A DNA stretch of 64,000 bases. Origin: Botryllus schlosseri. Lineage: Eukaryota. The stretch is from assembly GCA_051294905.1 (NCBI GenBank), contig CM119385.1, positions 10,974,001 through 11,038,000 of the forward strand, in the 5' to 3' direction. Each line of letters begins with the position of its first letter. The stretch's first letter is position 1. Shown in pieces: positions 1 to 11,600 of the stretch. The notes beneath the pieces are model-generated. The model saw nothing but the letters and a program-made list of their open reading frames with translations, did no database searches and was not told the DNA's origin. Both the position numbers and the translations under genes were made by a program.

Positions 1-1496
1 CATGAATCAATACAGCCAGGGAAGAAATCAACACCGTACTAGCTTCGATGCCGAACAAATACATTTCTTCATTCTGTCTTGGATTATCTTGATATCCGGG
101 CGGTCAGTGGTTCGGCAACGCTAAATATCCGACAGTATAGATTAAGATTAATCAACCGTGAGACATAATGATTCCTAGAAAAATGAAATGACTGCAGTAT
201 TGCTCGATGATTCCAACCGGCCGAACGCTCCCGGCGTTAATCAGTATATGAGCACAACAACAATTGACAATCCCCGACAGCTATTCCTATACAAACGACG
301 GAATCGGGTTGTACCATTGTCTCGACCATGGAATTTTTTCACCAAGCCAACGCATGCGAACGTGAATTTAACTATCCAGATATTGATTTCATGCTCCATT
401 TTCCCTACTAACCTAAAAAGCCATTGTGCATGCTGTGGACGCAGTAGCGTATATCGACTCGCTCCTGCAAAGTAGATCTCGCTGAGGTGTATAACCTGGC
501 AGTGCTGGTATGCTATGCTGCTATCTATCGACGCCCGTTGAGAAATATTTTGACGCTTTCCGATATATTTATCTGTCATAGTCATTTGAGGCTTCTTTTC
601 ACTGCATTCCCTCAGGCATCACAAGGCTCAGGGAATTGAGCAATAATCGCCGTTTTATTTTTCGATTAAACGCGCTCGGTTCAGTTCATTTTACTAAGAA
701 TTTCGTTGTATTTTTTTTTTACTAATATTGTCAAATTATTCCATTCACTGACAACTGAAAATGCGAACTCGCACAGCTAACCAGACTCGGAAGTATTTAA
801 TACACGCGCGCTCCTCACGACATCTGCCTTCCGTAGAGTTAGCGAGGTAATCAATAAACTCCGCAGGACCGTGCTGTTATGAAAAGCCGTCGCCAGCTGG
901 TCGAAGACTCGTGTCGCGCTTCGCTGATTTTAGGCTCTTGCAAATATTGTGTTACCGCGCGGCTACGCCTGCTTGCCTCGGCCAATTGTAATCTCGTTAA
1001 AACTACACAATGTCTAATACGATTACTATGACCAGCAAATCCGAGGTTTCAGGACTTCATCTACTGTTCAAATCGAACAGTGTACTTACTCTTATGTCTA
1101 ACTATCCTATTGATATACAAAACTCACTTAGACATCATCTTTTCATCAAATATCTCATGAAGGTAGCTTTATATAACGAGTGTAAAGACGAGTGTAATGC
1201 GACCTGTTGGTGAATCAAACTGTTGTTTGAGTTCTTTGTCAACACCAGTCACTCAAGAGATTCCTGATACACTTGGTTACACAATATGGTTGAAACATGA
1301 TATTATGCCAAAGACAAACAATGCTATCCCTACTTACAAGGCTACATTCATTCATAATATAGGGTCGGCAAACTCATTTTAACCTCGGGCTACATAAGCC
1401 TATGGACTGCCTTCACGGGTCGCGGGCCAGACTTGCAGGCAGAGGAGGTAAAAGCTGTCAGCGTTGGTACTCAAAGTAGATGCAACATTATATAGT

Positions 1497-2070
1497 AAGG
1501 GTGTTAAAAAATGACTTAATTGTACTGGCTACTTGATAAAATTGTTAGGTTACCTAATTAAAGCGTACACACCAAATTTGGTCCAATTCCAACCAGTAGC
1601 TGCATTGCTACAAGAGAAGAAAGTTATTTATTATGTAAAAATAAATGAATAAATTTTCAAAATTTTCTGTTCACCTCATGGAATTGTTAGGTTGTCTATA
1701 GAAACGAGAAACCAGTTCAGGCGAAGTTATTGTAGTTGAAAAATTTGGATTTGAATAATATAGTATTTACGGTGGCAAATTATTCAATTATTTAATACCA
1801 CCCGCCGTAAATAGTATGATTTGAAATCTCAAGTTTTGAACATCAATAACTTCATTTCTACTGGTGCGAATTGAGTCAAATTCGATGTGCATCGCTTTTT
1901 CGGACAATCCAACAATTTCATGGGGTAAGCCAGCAAAATTTGAAAATATATTTATTTTTATTAAATAAATCAAAAACTTTTTCTCTTACAGCAAAGCCAC
2001 TATAGGTTGGAATTGAGCCAAAATTGGTTTGCAGTGTTTTTTTAGGTAACCTAACAATTTTATCAAGTAC
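1497..2070. mobile_element. Decayed fold-back (long inverted repeat) element, same family as 11681-12343
   Basis: Arms ...tactggctacttgataaaattgttaggttacctaatt... and ...ggtaacctaacaattttatcaagta are inverted around gtatttacgg/ccgtaaata, with internal deletions. No TSD readable. Confidence 0.75.
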
Positions 2071-2502
2071 CCCTATTATATATATCTACTCGTGTACGGG
2101 TAGGAGTAGTGGTTACCAAGACATGTCAAACCTGCTTCAAGTGGAAGTAAAAATGAAGGTAGTACAAGTACTCAAATAAGTAATTTCAACAAGTAAATTT
2201 GGTCGATGATTCGCATACCTTTTAGTTCTAATAATTTATTCGACTATTGCAGGCCACATAACTACTTTTCTTTGTGGTCATGTTCCTGTCATTGTATTCA
2301 TTGACTTATTTATGTTTAAGGCGTATTTTTCCGCGTTGTGCTTCCAGAAAGTATTCCTGGTTGACAACTTTCACAGGTTACCGTAGACAATGGACAGTGT
2401 ACACCAGCGAGTGTTTGATTTATTGATTACACATTGTTCATAGTGTGCAAATCTACAGTCCTCATATCTTATCGTTATCGTTCTTATCGTTTGTTGTATA
2501 TG

Positions 2503-2548
2503 CTGACGATTACCCCTGAAGGACTCTCGGCTCGAAAAGATTCGGGTT
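2503..2548 (+). ncRNA. Degenerate minimal hammerhead ribozyme motif, copy 1 of a dispersed repeat
   Basis: ctgacgat-taccc-CTGAAGG-actctcggct-C-GAAA-AGAT-TC-gggtt. Stem I accc/gggt is intact; the core and the stem III palindrome are mutated. Confidence 0.5.
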
Positions 2549-2605
2549 TTGATATATTTTTGATATGAATATATTATTAAAATGTATATTAACGTTTGTT
2601 TTCAG

Positions 2606-5600
2606 TTCGCCGGTGACATCAGGTGGAGGCTACAGTTCATTTACCTTCCTTACAATGACTTGTCGGACTTGGAAGGATTGCAAGTGCTGGAAAACGTCAT
2701 CGAATTAGATGTCGGCCATAATCTGCTGGTGCTACACGACATTCTGGAACCGTTGCGGCACTTAGCAAGACTTGAGAAGGTAAGAGATATGTTGCCAGAT
2801 TATAGTGGTCTCAATGTGACTATGCGTGGACTAGCATGCGCTGGCATTCTATGTGTGAGTATTTACTCATGCTAAGAGATTTGTGTTGAAGTCAAAGTAA
2901 AATGATTTAGATTGAGTAATAGCTGTGCAGGTATTGGTCCACCTCTTGTTGGGACTTGCCACTCGAGTATCATGTCTATGTGTGGTTAAGTTTGTTTGAC
3001 ACCCTGGTATAATGTTGGTGTAATACCCAAACATACACCCATATATTATACCCAATAGGTAAGTTCTGACAGACTCTGAACGTAATAAATGCCCTGTGAA
3101 TAGACTTGGTTGCTTGTTGCATGCCAGGCATATTGATGGATTTTCAGCCAAGACCTACACACGGTTGCAATCTCATTGCATTCAGGGCATTCTCGTGGAT
3201 TCCTGAGCATATATCTTTAGCGTTTGAAATGATTTGGGCAAATCTATTGCTGCCTGTTGGGATGGGATGTGAATGTCTGCTTGCAATAATTTGACACATC
3301 GAATGTTCAGATGTGGCCGAAGCAGTGTAAGTATAGTGTGAGTCAAGTGGTGCTGAAAATATTTGTCCAACGTCCATGCATTCCCATCAAAGTTTTCGAC
3401 TATCGTTATTAGACATTGTATCGTACAGTGCAAAATTGACACGGAATATTTTCAGTTGAATCTCCGGGGGAATCCAATGTGCTGCAGGTCCAAGCATCGC
3501 GAATTAGCGGTCAGGTTTATATCTTCGCTCGCTATCACTTCAAGTTTTTGCCTGGACGGTAAACAGCTCACGAACCATGACCTGGCGGTTAGTTAGCCTG
3601 GCTTTTGTTCATATTGTCTTGTATGTTGACACAATTGCTCGGTTTCAGGAGGCTATGTACACTCCCGTCGCTGTTCAATACAATAATTCCCGACAATTTG
3701 ACACAAGTATTAACAGTGTGGAACAAGACTCTTACGATGTGAGCCTGTCGCCTTCTAAATTCTCGCAGAGGTACCCCAGGAAAGAATCGTTCTTCAGGTC
3801 GAGCGCTAGTAATTTCAAGGTAATCGCCGTTTCCGATCCTTTGTCGTTATGCATATCACTCATGAATCACGGGTGTATCCTCTCAAGAGTATCCCTTACA
3901 AAATGGCTGTAATGGCTTGTCCGTAATCGATATTCCTAAGGTATTGATTTAATGATTTGTAGGTGGACAGTGAAGACTTGGCTCGGAGGGATTCAAGCAA
4001 TTCTCGTAATAAATTCTCTACAGGTATGATGAATGACATAATGTTATACAATTTCATTGTACAGTACAATCCATACATAGTAGCCTGCATATCTGATGGA
4101 AATTTTGAGATGCACAATTGCACATGCACATTTATGACTGATATGTGTTACTTAAAGATTCCTCATGGAAGCCAAGCTGAATGAACATCGGAAAGATTTT
4201 GGACTTGAAGCCTCAAACTATTTTTTGTTGTTTGGTTCAAACCTGTCTGGTTCTGGCTGGCCCAATGCACGCGGTTAGATTCCACTTCGGACACTGTGAA
4301 ACACTATTTTACTCAATAACATCACAAGAATTGGGTTGTGACAATTTCACCAATCAGAGGGGTCAGAGTAGTCAGCGTTAGTCTACCTAATTACAAGTAG
4401 GAGTCGCGATTTCTAAGTCCTGTCAAAACTATTTCAAGTGAAGTATCCACATTAGTAAATTGCAGTTGCTTCCACAACGACCTCCTCTCTGGATCTATAT
4501 CTCTGGTGACTGGGTTTTTTATTCGGTATCTGGTGTTTGTTTTAGATATTGCTGACAGAAGTTCTGTTCAAGATCAAGCTCCGCTTTGCATTGAGAGCCC
4601 GTCCACCCCTTCTATTGAAACGCTGGGGAGCTCGAGCTCGTCTTCATCGTCCGTACACGGTGAACCTCCTCCCTTGGTAAAAGGTAAGTGCAGTGTATCA
4701 CAATGTCACAAGTCATATCTAGTCGTTGCACATTTTGACTCGAGTCAAGTCACTCGATTTTTTAAGGTGGCTCTGCTGATACAATACTAAACCTCAGATA
4801 GTTTAGATAGTTTAAGCAAATGAATATGATGCCATACATGACCGACTTAATACGCCAGCAAGATACAATGTAAACCTGCACATAATCTAAGAGTACTATA
4901 GACGTGTAAAACCATATCTGTTCGATTTTAATCACAGCAGATGTTTGGAAGGAAGGAAAATTTTGTTTCGAGTCATCAGTCGTTCCGCATGTCTGAAATG
5001 ACGAGTCAAGTGACGTCAATTTTCTAAAGTGACTCGAGTCAATTCAAGTCATGTAAAAAAGTTGATACGATTCAAGTCAGGATTCCGGTCATGCCAACAC
5101 TGGTTGAAATCTTAGTGGCTGATGAGATCGGAAAACCCCAGTAATTTTGTTACATTAAAACGATGGATTTTTGGATATCAGACACTTTTTACAATGTTAT
5201 ATGCCACAGAATCTGACGAGTAACTTTGCACCGGCTGACTTCAACCTTGAGCCTGAGCTTCAAAAGCAAAGAAGCATCAGCTCAGTTTGGTTTAGTAACG
5301 ACTTCATCAGATCAATACACCACGATTGCAATACAATGAAAAGATAGGATAGTCGAAACGACTTGGAGACACGCACCTGGGCCTAGGCAATGTAGAAAAG
5401 AGGCTTATACACTGAATGAATAGTAAAGATGATAATTTATTAGAACAAGTGACAAAATCAAGGTCGAACACTGTTTCACGGGGCATTAATAACACTCGTA
5501 ATACCAGTAGACCAGCAGCGGATGCTACATGGATAGACCGTGTTTCATTGTTTCGCCATCGTCATATCTGTTCATTACATCACATCACATTGTGTCTTGT

Positions 5601-8600
5601 GCATCGTGGACTTAATTGCATTGCATGTCTAGAGTATTAAAATTGCAGATATATTATATTATAAGTTGCGGGGTCCTAGCTGTATAAGTGTATAATGATC
5701 TCATGGCGGTGGTAAAGTTTACGCCATAAAGTTTAATGCATTTCTGACGGTATTTGACGATGCATTTTGTGGTATAAAAATTCCGCATCAATGTATCATG
5801 GCTTGAAGCTAATGTGTAGATTTCATTGTGCGGGGTCAAATTTAATTGCTAATCTATAGTACATGGTCATTGGTCAGTCTTGTACCGACGCATCACATTG
5901 CTAATTTCAATGTTATAATTGATGCTTTCCACGGAAGACATTAACAAATACTTTTTAGTTACAGATATAGTCAATGAAGATAAGAAACAAAACCCCTTTC
6001 CCAGGACTTTGTCGGTGACGGAAGATCTAGTAGACAACGCCATGATTACAATAGTCGCCCAAAAATGGTATGGAGTACATGTATCCTGTCACATTTCCAA
6101 ATGCTAATTTTCGCGTAACAATCATTTAGCAACGAGGGTGAACTCGGTAATAACGTTGAGCTGATTCTGATGAAGGACGAGTTACTGGAAACTGATTTTG
6201 ACAGCGGTGCTATTCTCGCTACTTTCGAATTTTCCGCAATCATAAGTATCACTGTGCTGTCGCCGCGAAAGGTATGCCAAGAAGTCTGGTCGTCGATTGT
6301 CTCAATATCATGTGGAAATTCCGTAAATTTAGATCAACTTGAAATTTTCTTACCGGAAAAAACAACTAAACAGTCGCGTGTACGAATTCCCCAACGAAAA
6401 GATGCAGAAGCTGTCTTGGTTTTTTGAGTGAGATATTCAAAAATTTGTTTTTCTCGTTTCGGAACTAATGCCCATCGTTTATCAGGCAACTCAAATCTAT
6501 ATGCAAGAATAACGCAGTCTCGAATATGCACCATCTCGTTTGTTTGAAGTGTTCCAGCCAGCTCGTCAGCGCCGATTCCTCGACCGTTTGTACCTGCGGA
6601 AGTAACATGGTAAGATGAATTTGCAAACTGCGTTTTGTAGCGTAGTGGTGACTATTGATGCCGTCCTATTCGGTATTTTGTAGTGGATCGCATGAATTGA
6701 AGCGAATCAAATCTCATTTTTACCGCTGATTGATATACTTTTTACACATCGTGGGAATTGCAACAGTAGCTGATAATAATCAGTAGCTGGTAATTAGGGT
6801 TTGGAAAGATCAAGTTGGATTACGAATTGAGTGTCAGGCTTTGAGTCTTGCGTTCGAGTATCACATACTGGTACAGATGATGTGAAAAATTCAAAGATAT
6901 AGTTTTTATGTGACCACAAAGAAAATTCCCGGAATTCACCAAATAAAGATGATTTGCTGTTGTTTTCGGTAATGTATTCCTATATCAGTCCGCTTTGTGT
7001 CGATCCCATGGGTTGATCAGGAATTCACAGAAATGTCATTTCTACGAACGTCATGTCATAGCTGTGTACTACACGTTTTGTGTGCCGTGATATGACGAAA
7101 TCAAAACTATGATCTATGCCAGGGGTGGGCAAACTACGGCCCGCGGGCGGCATGCGGCCCGCAAGACCGTTCTGTGCGGCCCGCGAGAGTCTAAAGAAAC
7201 TTTTTAAAAATAGTGATAAAATGCGTACTAAAAATCGAAATAATGCAGGGACCTGATTTAACTTTTTCTTGGTATATTTCACCTTGATAATTCAGTGGTT
7301 CTCAAACTGTGGGCACCCCCTTGGGGGCGTGAAAGCATCTGAAGGGGGGCGTGAAGCTAAGCTCAACTGAAAAAATTTTCCCGCTTCACGCGATTTGCAT
7401 ACAGTTCATAGTTTTTGCTCTGTATTTAGTATGAATTTCACATTTTAAAATCTCTCATCAACAGTCCTAACCTTCCATGTCATCAAACTATCCATTAGGT
7501 TTGATAGCATCCTGGCTGCCTTTTGTGATATGACAATGAGCAGGCCGTGTTATTTTTGGCATTTCAGGAGCCAGATGCCAAAACTGCCAAAAATAAAAAT
7601 TTGAAAATGCCTAAAATAAGCAATTTTTGGCATATGCCAAAAATAACACGGCCTGCCGAATAGTGTATTTCGTACATGGTGTTGTGTTAACAGGACCGCG
7701 TTACAAGCGAGAAGAGCGTTTGTGAAAGGCAGGTTTCTTAATCTGGGTCCAGCCCACCCATTAAGGGTGAAAGCATGGTGTCCTAAATGGTGTGGGCACA
7801 ACGAGATTTAACGGCTAACTGCATTTGGTTTACGTCATACTTTCCATTTGTCCAAAGGCAATTTTATGACCATTTTTGACTGGCTTGTCGAGCGCAAAAT
7901 TTGATAAAACGGGTATCAATGAGAAGCTGCCGCCGTACTGATTATTGAAATATAAATTATATTCTGCTCATGGAACTGGAACCCCCAAAATCAACCACGA
8001 TTTTTGCATTGTGATCGAGTTGAACATTGTGACGCAACAAACTGTCTGGCTATTTCTGAGCTGCATAGTCTCGTTTTGCCAGACAGTCTTGTTGCGTCAA
8101 TGTTCTTAAACAAGTTAACCTTACCAGGACTCTTCCATGCGAGTTGGTAATATTAAAGCCACCTGAAGTGACAAAAGTCCTCCGAAAATATATCGGTACA
8201 CTGAAGGAGAAATGATAGTCGGGCTACTAAATAGAATGTGTTGAGAGACAACACAGGAAACTCCTGGAATAAAGGATCGGGAAGAAAATTCCTTCCGCGA
8301 TGAGATCGATGGCACTGGCGAAGTGATCTCTTTTCATGATGCATGGAAGCCGGTTCGGCCCTCCAAAGATTTTGAAGCTCTGAAAACCTTTTGCGGATGA
8401 CTGGCAACATTCTTTCTCTCAACGGCTACTGTTGAAGCCGATATTTCCCAGATTCGCTGGGCGAGAAATGAATTTTGGAGAAACTTAGCTGCCCTGAGTT
8501 TGTAAGCACTGTTACAGTGCAAACGATTCAAGTCTATTCAACAGCTGTAACAATCAGCTGTTGAGCGTGCTTGTTAGGCTTTTCTTTTTCTTTTGCTTAT

Positions 8601-11600
8601 TGGCACCGATTCCGATGGATACTGCACATTTTGTGGTTTCGTTTGATATTATTATTCTATGAAATCGTTAGGTTTTTTCTTCTTCTTATTGTTTGTTGGC
8701 ACTGATTATGTGGATGCTGCACATTTTGTGGTGTCTTTTGACAAACTAGCCCAAATAAAGCGTTTTTGTGACTAACTCGAGGCTGAAACTATCTATTTAG
8801 AGGACGATGCCAAAACTGCCAAAAATAAAAATCGAAAAATGCATATGCCAAAAATAACACGGCCTGACAATGAGGGATGCGCGAAATCTTTCACCATCAT
8901 AAGGGGTGGGGCATGTCTTGAAAAATTTGAGAACCACTGTTCCAAGGTTAATACTTCCTATATTATTTTTTATGTTTAATTTTGCTGCGCGACAGCCCGA
9001 TCTCAAGGCCCACACAGTAGACCTAACTCAGATCGCGAGTGAGATTTCAGATTGGCTACTCCTGTTTTAATTATTTCAGGGATGCGCTTATAAAAAACGA
9101 TTCGCTCGAGTCTTAGAGGTAGATTCGTTCTGTGTATGCGTATAATTGGGGTAATATTGTTTTATCTACACCTGCGTGTTTGAAGCAAACATGGTTATGG
9201 TGCTGTCAGCATTGTGTGTTCTGGAATTTAGGCAAAAATCAGTAAATCTATGAACAGATCGTTGCTCACGGATTTAAATTTCAATCCTGTTCTAAGAATC
9301 GCGATAACCGACTTTCATCTCTATAGTTTTGACAAATTGGTTATTGAGGTCGGCCAGCCAGCCTATGAAATCTCGCGACTATGTTTCTGACGCGTGTACG
9401 ATATCACCAAAGCAATGTTTGTTTTGTTTTAAATAAGCACATATACTATCTCCAAGTCCTCACTATATAATCAAATACCAATATTGCGTTTTGGTTTATA
9501 ATCCCAATTTTATATAGTGCGGCCCGCGAATGGACTCAGATGTTGAATGCGGCCCGCGAGCTCAAAAGTTTGCCCACCCCTGATCTATGCGTATGCTTTA
9601 AATATTTGTGAAGATATTCTCATTCTAGGGCCGGGCGCAATGATTTGAGTACTCGAATTATATAGTGTAAAACTGACATTGAATTCTTTGTGGCCGTGTA
9701 AAAGGTACATATTTGAACTTTCCCCGTCATCCATCCTCAAGATGTCATGTTGAGTGGGAAAGGAGTGTCGAAATTATGATTCTCGTTGATAGTATAATTT
9801 TAAACAGCTTCTTGGAGGTACAGAACTTCAATAAACAATTGCGTAGTATATTCATATTGGAATGAACCCGAATATTTCCGGCTGACACTCGTCAGGAGTT
9901 ATCTTCAGCAACTAGTAAAGAAGTAAAAAAAATCATCGTATATCAACAATCGTATCACAAAATATCACATCACCAGCATGAAATTTCAAATACGAGAGCG
10001 TTCAATGTACTATTTTTAGATGGTACACAAACTTTTTTTTTGATAGTATAAAGTCAGTATTCGAAAAAATTGTCTAAAACTAAATGATGTAAAAATCTAC
10101 GGCGTTGCTCATGCTTGCGCAACAACACTAAAGACTTTGACCAACTCGCCATGTTTCCTTTCCTTCAGGCTGTAGTGAATCGCGAAGAGCCATCGAATCT
10201 TATTGCGACCTTGTCGGAATGCGAAGAGGCCGCAGATACCGAAGGCGACGACGTCGTGAAGCTCCTCGACGAAGACCCAGAGAATCGGGACATCAGCCTT
10301 TCGTGGATGCACGACGCGCCCGCGCAAGCCAGTCACGCGTCCGGCTCTTTACCGACGTACTTCCGGGAAGTCCTGGGCGTTCACACCAATCAGTCGACGG
10401 CCACAAATTTACAGGCTTCGGCGTTGCCCGGCGAAGACGCCGACAATCCCGACATGCAGTTTAAGAGCTTCCCGAACCTGCTGCCGGCTCACGAGATCTA
10501 CAAGCTGGTGCAAGTCACTCCCGGCGTCGCTGCCGGAGCTGTAGGAGAGGTCTCGACCGAAAAGCAAACAGTGAAATCGCCGTTGAAGGCCAGACCTTTC
10601 ACGCCACAATTGTCTGGCTCGATTTCGGATCGGGACATGGGTGAGCAAAGCTTTTTTACGAGTAGAGTCCGTCACGTGATTTGGTGGCTGGGTGTGTGTT
10701 GAAGTGCTTCTACTTTTCATTAATGCTCAAGTAGGCAAGAGTGGTCACTAATGGATTAACTCTTCATATTTCGAAGTACTGAAGTACTACTCTGACTGGT
10801 GACTCAAAATCGTTCTCAGATCGGGAACTGGACCACCATAGAAAACAAGTGACTTCAACGCCCCGCCGTAAAACCAGGGGGCCCAAAGTCGGAATCAGGC
10901 CAGACGCGTTGCCCAGACTGCCACCGCCGCCTGACTTTGAGAAGCGTCCAGGTGCCGGCACCTCCGTGGACGAGGACCTCTGGTCGCACCGCACCAAATG
11001 GGGCGACCTGCAGCACGACCAGGAATGGCTGCGGGCCTTTATCGAGGACGAGCTTCTCAGTTCCGGGGAGCTGCTGATGTGCATGCGGCGGTGCATGGTC
11101 CTGGGCCGGACCGGCGGTCAGCTTGCGGAATCGGCGGGGCAGAGGACGCCGAGCAAGGGGCTGTTTACGAGGAGAAACGACTCGATGCTGAAGCAATCGT
11201 GCGGGCCCGCGAGTAGCTACGTCAACTGTCTGTTGATTGTGACTTCGGCGTATTTGCATATCATTGATATATCGGACTCGAAGTAAGGCCTTTTCTCGTC
11301 AGACTACTTACTATTCTACTGCTGTTTTCGGTTTATTTGTGCAAAACTACGACTGGAATAGTTACTTGAAAATTGCTTTTGAATTGTACTTGAGTAGAAA
11401 TTTACGATGATACTTCTTCTTCTAATTGATGACTGCCTCTGCCGGCGCAGCAATAAGCAGAGGTGGTCAAAATAGTCATAGTTGCTACTCTGATAGAAGT
11501 AGAAGTTATGCCGTGCATTTCTGTTTGATTACAGTTAGAAGTAGCGATTTCAAAGACACGTCAAAACCACTTTGAGCGGAATAGAAAATCAAGGTACAAA

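Larger units (their letters stand above)
7293..8939. mobile_element. Nested hAT (Charlie/SPIN-like) element, TIR CAGTGGTTCTCAAA
   Basis: cagtggttctcaaact ... aatttgagaaccactg. TSD not matched. Confidence 0.7.
7120..9582. mobile_element. Non-autonomous hAT element, TIR CAGGGGTGGGCAAAC, containing nested elements
   Basis: caggggtgggcaaact ... agtttgcccacccctg, with a perfect 8-bp TSD atctatgc (7112-7119, 9583-9590) and gcggcccgc subterminal repeats. Confidence 0.92.

Noticed and set aside
1-600. ORFs 188-475 and 241-585; faint resemblance of the minus strand to a decayed LINE endonuclease
   Set aside because: No convincing catalytic motif in any frame. Neither a gene nor a TE call is supportable.
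5214-5285. Possible extra STK11IP exon (cag|AATCTGACG...)
   Set aside because: It has a stop in the phase required by the strong donor at 4684. The 4683->5965 join is already phase-consistent.
7285-7292. Same octamer tgataatt left of two CAGTGGTT-type elements (7285 and 26382)
   Set aside because: Neither has a matching right-hand copy, so it is not a TSD. It is AT-rich and seen only twice, so it is likely coincidence.
10855-11259. Long antisense or alternate-frame ORFs (also 10409-10720, 13007-13435, 29281-29784, 10219-10464)
   Set aside because: They are shadows of GC-rich or long real exons on the + strand and show no independent motifs.
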